Positions 34,465-48,037 of a stretch of DNA of 64,000 nucleotides are shown piece by piece (position 1 is the first letter of the stretch; the number at the start of each line of letters is the position of its first letter). Origin of the DNA: Selaginella moellendorffii (taxonomy: Eukaryota; Plantae; Lycopodiophyta); NCBI RefSeq assembly GCF_000143415.4, contig NW_003314282.1, positions 1,879,374 to 1,943,373 of the forward strand. Direction: 5' to 3'. The notes beneath the pieces are model-generated. The model was not told the origin of the DNA. It was given only the letters and a program-made list of their open reading frames with translations, and did not search any database. The position numbers and the translations under genes are program-made.

Positions 34465-35621
34465 CAACTTAGGCTATGCCATTCCTATTTCCATTGGGAT
34501 TCTTTTGGAAGGGGTTCTCATGAACCCACCAACTTGACCTCAAGGCAGCACGCCTTGGCACATTCGGTGTTTCCACACCATTAGCTCCACGAACCTACCT
34601 CTAAAACATTTATTAATTGTGTCTAGGTCTTTGCCAAAGACCAATATAGTTGTTTCTTATGCCAACATCAGTTAGCATTGCACCATAGTGTTCACACACA
34701 ACTTTATTCCAAAGTTGCTTTATTTTGGGGAGCACCTTTCCCACGACTTTAGTATGGCACATTCTGCCCTCGATGAGATACCCTCGGTTCTCATACTTGG
34801 ATCCTATGATCCCCCCCATCCTTCGTGGGGTACAATACACCTTAGTCCAAATGCTTCCATCAATCGTTTAGGATTATTCCTTGACTCTATTAGAGTCATC
34901 TAGCTTTTGGACTTTGTCATCCGACGACCCATGAGGTCCTACCTTTGAGGTGCTAGCTCACTGGAATACAACTTCTTGTATTCAGGTCCTACTCACAAGG
35001 ACCATCTTTACAAGTGTTACTCCGACACTTGATTTGTTCTCTTGGGGCAACCTTTTGCCCCTTAGGACCACTTGTCCATGTGATGAGAATACCAACTCAT
35101 CCTCTGAGTACACCCCCAACTCCTTGGGTTGTTCCAGCATTTATTAAAAGTAGCCCCGATTACCATTTCAAGGACTTGTGTCCTCTTTTGTATTTGACCT
35201 CCCATGGTCATCAATTCTGGTCTCAAATTTATGAGCACTAGCCTCAATTAAATGAGGGTAATCTTGTGACTCCTTTATTGTTTTGGAGTCTACATCTTCC
35301 CCGTAATCCCAACTATAGTTGTTTACCACAACTACATTAAGTAGTTTACTGAGTCAAACGCTCATCTGGATCACATCCTCAACTCAATGAGGAAAACCTT
35401 ACACTGTTCCCAAGATCCCGAAGTCATTCCATTATTGGCCCTTTTTCTATCCACCACCTCACCTACAAGTTCACACCTGAATTGTAGTGGAGAGCCATGT
35501 CTTCCCAACTTGCTACTCCTCAAGGATAGGTCCACTCCTAGGACTTTCCAATGCTAACACTAGTGGTGATATACTTAAGCACCAATAAAAGTCGGACTAA
35601 GGAACAGCTCCGATACTAAAT

Positions 35622-37912
35622 TGTAAATGACTAAATTTTTCATTCTACTTTAGTCACTTAACCACACCTCCGACCACTTAGAAGAGTCTCACGCACAACC
35701 TCCGTAAGCCCTATTCTGGACTTAAGGACTTGCTAGCCCCAAGAATGGCATCCATGCCACTCAACCATTGTAGCGCACCTTATCTCTCTCCCCTTAAGCC
35801 AACTGGAAAAGGGGCAATTGCTTGACGAGAGAGCCCTTAGTGGCTATTTTATCCCCATTTAGAGAGCCCTTAGTGGCTATTTTATCCTCATTTATCCCCC
35901 AAGGTTCCAAGGATCCACGGTAACAGTATATCCAAATCTCATCCCATGATCACATGCGCTACACTCACCCCCCCTTCAGAGATGTCAATGTCCTCATTGA
36001 CTATTGACTAGCAACCCCTACTGAGCCAAGGGGAACCAGCACCTCCATTTCCGCACTTAATCTACCAATCCTTCCATTGTGTAGATTAGCTATTCTATGT
36101 GAGGCAACTAGTCATCCACCCGTACCGCAGTCCCACGGTGGATACCTTCGTCCGTGGATACTCCACACAAGAGGAAGGACGTACGCATGGATGCCCAATA
36201 CGTACGATTTCAAATTTAGGGGTAGGAATATACCTTGCTCAAGGGTATATTATACTTTTAAGTAGCCACTAATCAATGGGAATCGAACCCGTGCCATTTG
36301 CTCTGATACCAACTGTAGCTACCAATCCTTCCATTGTGTAGATTAGCTATTCTATGTGAGGCAACTAGTCATCCACCCGTACCGCAGTCCCACGGTGGAT
36401 ACCTTCGTCCGTGGATACTCCACACAAGAGGAAGGACGTACGCATGGATGCCCAATACGTACGATTTCAAATTTAGGGGTAGGAATATACCTTGCTCAAG
36501 GGTATATTATACTTTTAAGTAGCCACTAATCAATGGGAATCGAACCCGTGCCATTTGCTCTGATACCAACTGTAGCGCACCTTATCTCTCTCCCCTTAAG
36601 CCAACTGGAAAAGGGGCAATTGCTTGACGAGAGAGCCCTTAGTGGCTATTTTATCCCCATTTAGAGAGCCCTTAGTGGCTATTTTATCCCCATTTATCCC
36701 CCAAGGTTCCAAGGATCCACGGTGACAGTATATCCAAATCTCATCCCATGATCACATGCGCTACAACCATTGCATTTGGTCCAAGTGCTCCACGTGTCTG
36801 ATCCCATGACCGACAACCCAAGGTACCATTGACATATCACCTTGTTACACTAAGGCCATACCCCTTCACCTTGGTCACACCAATGGTCTAACGCCACCTG
36901 CATCACAGTCCTATCTCTCAAGGACTAGGCCAACCGTCCATGAGTGATCTTCCCAGATCCACTCCTTAGCATCTTTAGGATGCCCACAGACATGGGGATT
37001 AACCTTCCCCAATACCCCTTTTCCAGTCCCCACCAAGTCCCTTTCTTTTGGTGGCTGTGTTCGCCAACACTGCCACTGGATCAAGGCCCACAAGCCCACC
37101 CACTAATTCCCACGGTCCTCTAGGACTTCTTCCTCACACGACTGTATCTTTGGTCTCTACACTAGAGGACGACTCCTCTTCCTTTTCACAGTCTGGGACT
37201 TTAGGGCAACATTTCAGAACACCATAGCCTTACGCGAGCCTCGTGGGTACTCTCCCTGCCTTCTGCCTTTAGGTGCTCTAGCTTTGGGCTTAGAGCGAAG
37301 TTTCGTTGAGCCACGCCAGGTATCCAAGTAGGTAGTGCCACCCACACTTGGACTGGGAGCATCGACCATTCAATCTCCCAGGGGAACTAAAGTTGGCTCT
37401 TGAACACTTCACTGAGCTAACTCGCTTGTCAGTCCATATTCACTCTAGTCTTGGACTTTCCAGTGATTATCCCATCACCCAACATTTGGGTGCAGCCTTC
37501 CTGGGCCAAACTAGCTCCACTAGAGTCCTCCCCCTTACTATACTTTTGGAGCTCACCAAACCCCCTAGGGTCTGGGAGACAAACGCTTTGGGCTTTCACC
37601 CCCTCAGACTCGAACTCGGACTCAAACTCGGTCTCGATCTCGATCTCGGGTCCATCTCGGACTCCATTTCGGGTCCATCTCGAACTCCTCCACATGTCAT
37701 GTGTTATTCCTTTTGTGTCCCCTTTTCTAGAGACTCACTTATTGCTTGCTTCGTGCTTGTTCCTCGAGCATGTCGTTGGGAATTCCACTCCCGCTCTCGA
37801 CCTTTCAAGTCAGAGTTTTTAGTCCAAACATGTTATGCTCGTTTGGCTTTCGCTTTGGCCACTACCACGTGGCACCCTTTCGGCTCCACTTTGGGGCCTA
37901 GGGATTTTCACA
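35622..37912 (-). repeat. 5' LTR of the 5738-37912 element, interrupted by a TRIM
   Basis: tgtaaatgactaaattttt ... gggattttcaca; adjacent PBS tagtatcggagc (10/12 match to TGGTATCAGAGC). Confidence 0.85.
35769..36765 (-). mobile_element. TRIM (terminal-repeat retrotransposon in miniature), 997 bp
   Basis: 195-bp LTRs at 35769-35963 and 36571-36765 (TGTAGCGCA..TGCGCTACA; 2 mismatches seen). PBS TGGTATCAGAGC at 36557-36568. PPT aagggggggtgag. TSD ACCAT. Non-coding, with an internal 257-bp tandem duplication. Confidence 0.93.
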
Positions 37913-38590
37913 GCTGGGTCCAAGGTGGAGGCCAAGACCAAGTCCGAGATGGAGACTGAGACCAAAACTAAATTCGAGTCTAAGACTGAAACTAAGACCG
38001 AGTCCAAGTTTGATACTAAGTCCAAACACTAATATAGATTATAGGGTGAAAGCCCAAAATGATTGTCCCTTAAGGGGGAGGGGGATTCCAAAAGTATAAT
38101 AGGGAGAGTGTGGGGGTTGGATTCTAATAGAACTAGTTTGGCTAGGAAAAACTAATATGACCTAGGAAGGCTACACTTATGTTGTGGATGATGATATAAC
38201 CATTAAAGAGTCTAAAGTTAAAGTGTACATAGATAGATAACTGGGATAACTTAGTGAAATGTTCAAGAGCTAGCTCTGACTCCCTCGAGAGAATGGTTGA
38301 TATTCCCAATCCAAGTATGTCTAGCACTACCTATTTCAATACCTAGTATGGCTTATTGGAACTTTGCTCTAGCTATATAACTAAGAAAAAGTGGGGGGAG
38401 TACTAATATTTCGAAATGTTATAATAAAGTCTTAGACTATGGAAAGGAAGAGGAATAGTCCTCTTGTTTAGTGACTAAGTGTATAGTCACATAGTGAAAA
38501 AATCTCAGAGGTTAATGGGATATAGTGATCGAGCCTTCTAGCCATGACTCAATGGCAGTGTTGGCAAGCATTGCCGTGGATGGAAAGTTG
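37913..38590 (+). mobile_element. Old diverged LTR, right part
   Basis: Continues the family LTR (gggtgaaagcccaaa, ccaaaagtata, gttcaagagc, gtgactaag, tggcagtgtt). The right end is approximate. Confidence 0.7.
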
Positions 38591-39065
38591 GCTTTTTACA
38601 AGATCTAAAACTTCAGTTATTGTTGTGCTTATATTTATTATTTCTTTTGATCTTCATTACATTCTACAATTTAAATTTAAAAAATAATGAAAAAATAAGA
38701 ATAATACCCCTTCTAGCATATGCTTTTGTGCTCTCTCCCACCCTATGCCCTTTGAGCCTCTCCCCACACTCATTGCCACTCAGAGTGTCCCTATTACCAT
38801 AGTACCACCAAGGCAATGCTCGAGCAGTTAATGAGGATGGATTGTAAATCTCCTGGCAATGCCTATACTAGTTCAAATCCAACTTGACCCAAAACAAACC
38901 TCCCCCTGAATATTTAATACTAGTCCTGAAAATTAGAGCAAAACACTATTAAAACACTTTGCTTTCCAATCTAGAGACAAATTGCAACACTCTTCACCTC
39001 CACCAATGTGAAAGATATAGGAATTTAGACCTCTATTTGAATTTAAGAATGGAGGGTTTATATGT

Positions 39066-39873
<808 letters not shown>

Positions 39874-40304
39874 CCTTACAAAATTAAATCATTTTGTGAG
39901 GGCCAAGTGTACGGCTATGATGCCGTATACTAATATTAGCATAGTGGGATTTTGGTAGCCGTCGGATTGGTTTCAATCCGGACCACTCGCTCCTGTATAT
40001 AAGCTAGGGTTTTTGGGTTAATTGATATGCACATTTCTGTATTCCCTTTCCATATTCCATGCACTCACATTGGTGGAGGTGAGGGGCATCTTCGATTGTC
40101 CCTAGGGAGTGCTTGGATTTAGGATTTCAGTTTAGATCTAGCTTTTGCATCGTCTAGATCTAGCTTTTTCCATTTCCTTTTTTTTGTTCTTTCCTTTCAG
40201 GATTTTGGTTTAAATCTAGCTTTTTGCATTGTCTAGATCTACCATTTCTTTCCAGCTTTTTTGTCATTTCTCTTCTTTTACTTTCGTCTTTTTCGTTCAT
40301 CTTC

Positions 40305-41236
40305 ATGGCCGATCCGCAATCTCCTCCTTTGACTCTAGAGCAGCAGTTGGTTCAATTGCTTGATGCTATGTGCTTGCAATTAAACAACCAAACTCAGTTG
40401 ATGGTGGCGTTCACGGCACGTGGTACAACTCCTCTTGCTCTTGGTGCCAATCCTCGCGTTCGGCCAGAGTTCTTTCGCAAGAATTCTAGGGATGATGTGT
40501 ACCATTGGTTCGATCACTTTACGGTGATTGCCACATATCATTCTTGGGATGATGCTCGACGATTGCGTGAGTTTCCCACGTGTCTCCAAGGGACAGCGTT
40601 GCAGTGGTACAATGGTTTGAGCGCAGCTACTCGTGGGGATTGGAGTGTTCTCCCAGACATCTTCAAATGCGCCTTCGGACATGCCGATGATTGTGATGAT
40701 GCTTTCCAACAATTGCATCGTCTTCGCCAAGGGCCATTTGAGTTGGTGATGCAATTTGGTGTTCGTTTCCAAAGTCTTTTGCTTCGTGCGAAGCTAAATA
40801 TGTCGGAGCGGATCAAGCTAGGAATGTTGTGGCCAGCACTTCGTCAAGATCTTGTTGGACTTGTGCATGCACTTGCTCCTACCACCCTTGATGATGCTCT
40901 TCACTTGGCACAACGTTATGAGACGTTGCCTCTTCTACTTCTCGCTGCACGTCCTTCCGCTCCACTTCATATGGGTGATGGTCCTGTTCCAATGGAGGTT
41001 GATGCTGCTGCTGCTCGAGTCCAAGGACAAGCGTGAGGACGTGGTCGTGGCCGTGATGTTCGTTGTTGGGCGTGTGATAAAGTTGGTCATACTTATCGGC
41101 GTTGCCGTCGTTTTCCGGATTGGCGACCTCCATTTCCTGGGTGGAGACCTTGGCATCAGCAACGTCCCCTGGGTGCTGCTGCAGTGGAAGGTCTGGACAC
41201 CGAGATGCATCCGGGAAACGAGGAGTCGCGTGAGTA
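40305..41236 (+). pseudogene. gag (premature TGA at 41034)
   Basis: Motifs LQGTALQWY, LRQG and PVPMEVD, then after the TGA a CWACDKVGHTYRRC zinc knuckle (CX2CX4HX4C). Confidence 0.85.
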
Positions 41237-44200
41237 ACGGAGGGACCTTGCATGAATAAATCAGTGACCCCTCCATCTTTCTTTCAAGAGTATCATCAAG
41301 GGGTTCACTCGGCATCAGTTCATCCAGTGTTTACTTTCCAAACTCGTTTTTATAACAAGAGGTCTCCTATTATTCTCTCCGTGTTAGTTGATACAAGTTG
41401 GAGTTTATCTTCTATTGCTCGACTTGTTGCCACACGTTGTCGTCTACACTTGCGTTGTGCGGCGGAACCAGTTTTCATTCTTTATGGCAACGGCCGTACA
41501 CATGCATGTGCACGGGATGAGGTGGACCTGGTTGTGCGTGTGGGCGATCTCAAGCTTGAGTTGCAGTTATTGCGGGTGGTGCCGAGTCAAGCTTTTGACC
41601 TCATTCTTGGTATGGATTGGTTGCAGCGCAATCATGCCCAGTGTGACTTTGAGGCTTCTCCCCCTTGTCTCATACTTCCTTATGTTTCATCCATTCCTCT
41701 CACTTCCATACTTCTTCGTCCCTCTACTTCTACCTCTGCTTCCATTACTTTTGTTCCCCCACTCTTTCCTTCTGTGTTTCCTTCTTGTTCTGCTTTTCCC
41801 TTTTCCGATCCCTCCGACGATCTTTGTGTTGCAGCAGTTGACCGGCTCATGAAGGAGTATTCTGATCTTTTTGAATTTGACCTATCGTCTGGGGCCAGGA
41901 TTGCCACACGTCATCCGATTCCAACCGGGGATGCTCGTCTAATCAAGGTTCTTGTTCGTCGTCGATCACCTAAGGAGATCAAGATTTTATGAGCAAACGT
42001 CAAGGAAATGCTGGAAAAGGGTGTTATTCGGAAGTCACGGAGTCCTTGGGTATGTGAACCTCATCTTGTGACGAAGCCTGATGGGAGTATTCGTTTCTGC
42101 ATTGACTATCGTCCGTTAAACGAAGTGACGATCCCAGATGTGTATCCTCTTCCTCACACTGCTGATCTCTTGGATTGTTTGGGGCGAAGTCGTTGGTTCA
42201 CCAAGCTAGATCTTGCTTCTGGGTATTGGCAAGTACCGATGGCCGAAGAAGATATTCCTAAGACTGCTTTTCGTACACCATTTGGTTTGTACGAGTTCTT
42301 GGTGATGCCGTTTGGTTTGAACAATGCTCCAGCAACTTTCCAGCGGATGATGGACGAGGTTCTTTGCGATATGCCGGAGGTGACTACTGACTTCATTGAT
42401 GATGTCTTGATCCACTCGGAGGGGACGTGGGAGAAACACGTTCGTGATGTTTGTAAAGTGTTGGATCGGCTACGCAATGTTGGTTTAAAGCTGAAGCGGT
42501 TGAAGTGCGTGTTTGGGTCCAAGGACACAACTTATCTTGGGAACCGTATTTCTCATGAGGGTTTGCAAGTTGATCCTGACAAACTTGTGGCTGTTCTGAA
42601 GTTCCCTACTCCGAAGTGTGTGAATGATGTGCAGCGCTTTTTGGGTAAGGTGCAGTATTTCGGTCGTTTTGTGGATCATCTTTCCGATCGCACTACACCA
42701 TTGCAAGCGTTGCTGAAGTCATCAACGTCATTTTTCATCTTGTCTCCGAATTGTGAGCGGGCGTTCGTGGATCTCAAAGAGCTATTGACGACTCCTCCGG
42801 TTTTGGCATATCTTGACTACACTCGACCTTTTATTTTGCGCGTGGATGCTTCTGACATAGGTCTTGGAGGTGTGTTGATGCAAGAGAGCTCGAGTGTGCC
42901 TGATCAGCGCCATCCCATTGCATACATAAGCCGTACATTACAACCAGCGGAGATGAACTACTCTACGATGGAGAAGGAGTGTTTAGCAGCAGTCTGGGGT
43001 TTCAAAATACTTCATGCATATCTACATGGTTCTCAGATGTTACTTGAAGGTGACCATGCTGCTGTTACTTCATTATTGAAGCAGAAGAACCTGGTTGGTC
43101 GTACGGCTCAATGGGCTTTGAAGCTTCAGATATATGATTTCGATGTTGTTCATCGCCCAGGGAGTTCTATGGCTGATGCTGATGTTTTTTCTCGAGCTCC
43201 TCTTCCTTCTCCACTCACTTCTCATGTTTCTGACGAACCTGTTGTTCCAGCATCTGTGGATTTTCTAGATAAGGATTCTGTGCCGTCGGCGGTTGCTGTC
43301 CTTGACGTTCAGTGTCCATAGGGTGCAGAGCAAGATCTACCTTCTCTTGATGAGGTTCGCAAGGCTCAAAAGATTGAGCCGTGGATTTGAAGGCTTCGAG
43401 ATGGGTTTGAGAATCCTACATCACTTGCTGATGACTTGCCTTTCCGGCATTTACATTCTCAATATCGCCTTGAAGATGGCCTTCTTTATTTTGTGGGGAC
43501 GGATCTTGATGATCATTTACGGCTAGTGGTGCCTTCGGTGTTTATTCTGCGGTTTCTCCATGCCTACCATGATTCTCCTGTTCTAGGTGGGCATATGGGA
43601 CACCGTCGTGTCACCGAGAAGTTGCGCGAGTCTTTCTATTGGCCGGAGATGCGACGTGATATTATTCGGTATGTGCGTAACTGCGTTTGGTGCCAAGCTC
43701 GTAATACTCCCCCTTGTGTTGCGGAAGGACGGTTGGAGTCAATTGCAATTTCCCGTCCGTTTGAGTTGGTGGCGTTTGATCTTATGGGACCTTTTCCACG
43801 ATCGACTGCTGGCAATGAGTATGTTATTATTGCTTCTGACTACTTGACTCGTTGGGTGGAAGTTGGTGCTCTTGCTAGCGCCTTTGCAACTGCTGTTAGA
43901 TACTTCCTCCTCAATCGAGTGGTGTTCTAGCATTCTTGTCCAGAGCAGATTCTTTCAAATAATGGTCTTGCATTTATGGCTGAGGTATTTCATGTTTTGA
44001 CATCTCGGTTGGGGATACGCCACACTTTTACGAGTGCTTATCATCCTCAATCAGACAGTCTGGTGGAACGGCTCGTTTGGACATTCAAAAGGATGATTGC
44101 GAAGTATGTGAACTTTCAGCATTCAGATTGGGATGGTTATTTGCCGTCTCTTCGGTATGCTTATGTCACAGGGGTGCAGAATTCTGTTGGTGCTTCACCA

Positions 44201-44701
44201 TATAAACTTCTATATGGTTATGATCCAATATTACCAACAGAGCTGGGTTTACCTTCGCGATTGCCACGAGCTCCCGATGCTAGGTCATGGGATCAATATT
44301 TGACAAACATTCTTCCACTTGTCTGAGCAGAGTCTGCCGAACACTTAGGCCGCGTACAAGTGGGACAACAACGGCGCTACAACTCCCATCATCGTCCATC
44401 TGCGGAGTACAAAGTGAATGATTTGGTGCTAGTCCGTTTTCCCCATCTTATGGTACGTGGTTTATCTAAGGGGCTCCTTGCACAGTGGAAAGGACCGTAT
44501 CGGGTGTTGTGGCAAGTTGGACCACAAGTTTATGAGGTTCGGCATGATGTTCAGCAGGCTGATCCTCCAGAGATTGTGCATGTGCAGCGGTTAAAACGCT
44601 TCATACAAAGGGATCAGGAGCAATTAATACCGTCTACAGATCTGCCGATGCCTCCTCCTGACGTTCCTCTAGATCCCGGCCCATCTACAAGAGAACCCTG
44701 A
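41213..44701 (+). pseudogene. pol (PR-RT-RNaseH-INT) in the -1 frame relative to gag, with 5 in-frame stops
   Basis: Motifs LVDT, ILGMDWL, RFCIDYRPLN, LDLASGYWQ, MPFGL, FIDDVL, DAS, HHCC, DLMGP, YHPQ and WKGPY. Confidence 0.92.
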
Positions 44702-45122
44702 TGGCCTTCTATTATTCCGAGAGGAGGGAATGATGTGAGGGCCAAGTGTACGGCTACGATGCCGTATACTAATATTAGCGTAGTGGGATTTTGGTAGCCA
44801 TCGGATTAGTTTCAATCCGGACCACTCGCTCTTGTATATAAACTAAAGGTTTTGGGCTAATTGATATGCACATTTCTGTATTCCCTTTCCATATTCCATG
44901 CACTCACAATTTTAAATTGTAAAAACTATTAAAACACTTTTCTGTATTTTAATTAAATCATTTTGAATGCCATGCCTAAAAGGGGCTAAAGCCCCACAAC
45001 TGGATCAATTAAAAAATGCTACAACTGGATACACTTGAATCTAGGTAGCTTAGTAGGTTTTGACTTCAAAGAATAACCTTTGCAAATATATAAAAGTAAA
45101 CCTTCAATATATAAAAGTGCAA

Positions 45123-47415
45123 TCACCTAGTTCGAAAAGTGAGACCAGAGAGGTCTTCCCTTGGGACCACCATCCCATTAGAATCTGGCTGAGGACTCTT
45201 GCCTCCCTCATTGGGAGGGACGATGTACGTTGGCTTAGTCTCTGTCCGAAATGCCAAGTAGCAAAGGGTGACAAGGTATGCCAAGATGGCCTTGAATACC
45301 AGCACGCCAATCACAACACGCCCTGCCTTGGCAAGGTGGCCATGGATGAGCCATTTGACGAAGGACGTTATCAAGAAGTACATGTTGATGGTAATCACCC
45401 CCATGCCAATCAACCATGTCAACACTGTGAGCTGCACGCACACAAAATTCTTTTAGAAATATTCCACAAACACATTGTGTTACCCATAGTGAGTTCATGT
45501 GAGGACCCATTTTCATGGAGCTGCTGGTGAATTTCAGAAGAGGCACAAGAGCAAATGGAAGCTGGAACGCCAGAATCATCTGAGAATGTAAGATATCAGA
45601 TCAAGAGAATCGATCGAGACACACTAACCGATGATACAATGATAAGTTTTCCAGCTCCCCTGGAACCACTGATCAATGCCACTGCAAGGCTTGGAATTAT
45701 AGCAACCAGCCTCGTTAGCAAATTCCGGATCCATGGTTTCAAGCGCAAGTCAAGGAATCCCTGAGGTCCACAAAGTCTTATTGTGATGAGTTGTCAAGAA
45801 ACTAGTAGTGGTACCTGCATCACGTACTGGCCAGCAAAAGTCCCAGTTATCGTCGAACTCTGGCCAGACGCTAAAAGCGCCACGCCGAACACCACTGAGC
45901 TCCATTGGCCAAGAACGTTCTGAGAAAAAGAAAAGAAGGGATTAACGTTTAAGAATCGAAACAATGATCTCAAACAATACTCTTAGCAAGAAGGAGGCCC
46001 TGTTGAGGTCCAAATCCCCACAGTCGTCTTTGTAGACGGATGACAAGTGGCGGTTGTTACAAACCGAAGCACTTACACAAATTACTGCTATGTTGATGAG
46101 GAAGGCGAGAAACAAGGCAAAGCCACTCTCCATTATGTAGTACCGACATCCATCCTGCCAAAATACAAAGAAAACTCCCACATCTTCAGTTATGTAGGCA
46201 TCAGACATACCTTGATTCCATTCGTTGAGTATGGGATTTTTCGAGTCAAGACGATCGCTGAGTGAAGGAAGAGATTATGCCTGGCAAGAATAAAAAGCCA
46301 TTAGAGAAGTAGGAAGAAGGCAAAGACAGAAGAAACTCACGGCATAACCATAGCACCAAGCAAGGAAATTGCAATTCCTGTTGCTCCATGCCCATTCAAT
46401 CGAGGAACAAACAAGCCTTTTAGGACTTCGCCTGCGTCGGGCTTGGCATATCCAAGCTCCACAAAGAAACATCCAGCCATGATGAACACGAACAGCGCCA
46501 CCACCAGCTCGAGTTTCCGAACCTGTGTGGTTGAGAAACAAGCTTGCAATGGCTTCAAGTATCACATCTTCGAAAGTTTTACCCCATACTGTTGTATTGC
46601 AAGCAAAATGAGAGTGCTGAATCCTGTTAGAAGAACTCCAATCCACACTGGAAGCCTGAACAGGATGTTCAACGCAAATGCCGTCCCTATGACTGAAAGG
46701 AAAAAGGAGCGCAGAGGAGTCAGTACATTTTGCTCGAAACAACGCCCTCCAACCTTCAGGAATGTCACTGGCTATGATGCACACTTCAGCAAGGATCCAC
46801 AGCACGAAGTTCAACGGTCGTGCATATTCTATCCGGCAGTGCTCTGCCAAGTGCTTCCCTGGAAAAAGCAAGGCAAACGCCGAGTCAGCTCTCTATCGAG
46901 CACCGAAACATGAGCAAACTTGCGTGTGACAACTCCCAAGTTGGCTGCCAGAGACTGAATGATCAACGCTGAAATCGATGCGATAAGCAGGACCCAAAGC
47001 AGCTGCACAGTTCAAAAGCGTTAAGACTTCACACACTTCGTCCACGCAACGACCGGAGCTCTCAAAAGAAAGGAGACCTCAAGTAGACCTCATATTTAAA
47101 GTTTGCTCCCGATTGAAGGTCACTCTCGACTGCACACCACAAGTTAGAATTTTTGAAGGTAAGAGTGGATGTTGTTGGGACTTACAGTTCGCCGGATCGA
47201 TGTAAGCAATGCAGACGAGATAGCCAGGCCCGACATAAGCCGCAAGCTTCCTCCAGCCCTTCCTCTGGAAACATGCCAAGCACAACGAGCTATTTACCAC
47301 AAGGAATAAGAAGATAAAATCTACATACCTCAGGAACAGGAACTTGGCCCCTCGTTGGCTCGTCGATGCCAACTTCCCATTCGGACGCTGCCGCTGGTGT
47401 TCCTGCCGCTGCCAT
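45123..47415 (-). CDS. NRAMP: NRAMP metal transporter (NRAMP1/6-like), multi-exon
   Basis: Motifs [64 protein letters not shown] and [14 protein letters not shown]. Confidence 0.93.
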
Positions 47416-48037
47416 GGAATTCCCGAGCGACAAGAACCTCGTTGTCCAGCCGAGGAAGAAGAAGAACAACAACACAACTTGTGCCTCAGGGAGCGCATTT
47501 TTATTCTGGCAAGCTCTAGACCGTAAAATAATGTAGCGGGTGTCCCATGACACGACCCTTTCGCAGTTAGTGGCAGATCCCTCTGTTGCCACGACAAACA
47601 AACAAACAAGAAATCAATCAAATCCCCTCACAAAATCAATTAGACTTTGCTGCGAAGATTGCTGCCAATCAATCCATCCAAAAGATAATCCCACTGCTCG
47701 CCCTCAGGTGCTTGCTACAATCAGCGCGCCTAAGAATCGATCACGCATTCACGATTGATGCGATCGATCGATAGCGCATGAGCGTGGTCCCCTGTCTCCA
47801 GAGAAATAAGAACCCTAAAAAAGTATGAGAGACTTGTCATACTGAAATATTCTCCTCGTACGGTAGCCATCTTTTTCTTCTAGCATAGTGGGTTAGACGA
47901 GACAAGCAAAGTACATGCACTCAGCTGACCAACACTGTGGTCTCACAGCAGAGTGGAGGAGAGAATATTTCGCAAGCAAATTCGCGGAATATCCTTTCCT
48001 TGTGACCGTTGCCTGACTGACGGCGGCGTTCACGTCC

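Larger units (their letters stand above)
5738..37912 (-). mobile_element. Decayed non-autonomous LTR retrotransposon (probably Ty3/Gypsy-derived) carrying nested insertions
   Basis: LTRs at 35622-37912 (5') and 5738-6793 (3') with TG..CA ends. Degenerate tRNA-iMet PBS at 35607-35618. Purine-rich tract next to 6794. TSD GCTAG (5733-5737) / GCTGG (37913-37917). The ~4-kb internal region has no intact ORF. Confidence 0.8.
39895..44908 (+). mobile_element. Ty3/Gypsy LTR retrotransposon, structurally complete, decayed, no chromodomain
   Basis: 175-bp LTRs at 39895-40069 and 44734-44908 (about 10 mismatches). PBS TGGTGGAGGTGAGGGGCATC at 40071-40090. PPT gagaggagggaatga. Flanked by ATTT on both sides. 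Domain order gag-PR-RT-RH-INT. Confidence 0.95.

Noticed and set aside
36277-36292. tRNA gene suggested by GGTTCGATTCCC
   Set aside because: No cloverleaf or A-box could be built; kept only as a B-box-like motif in the TRIM.
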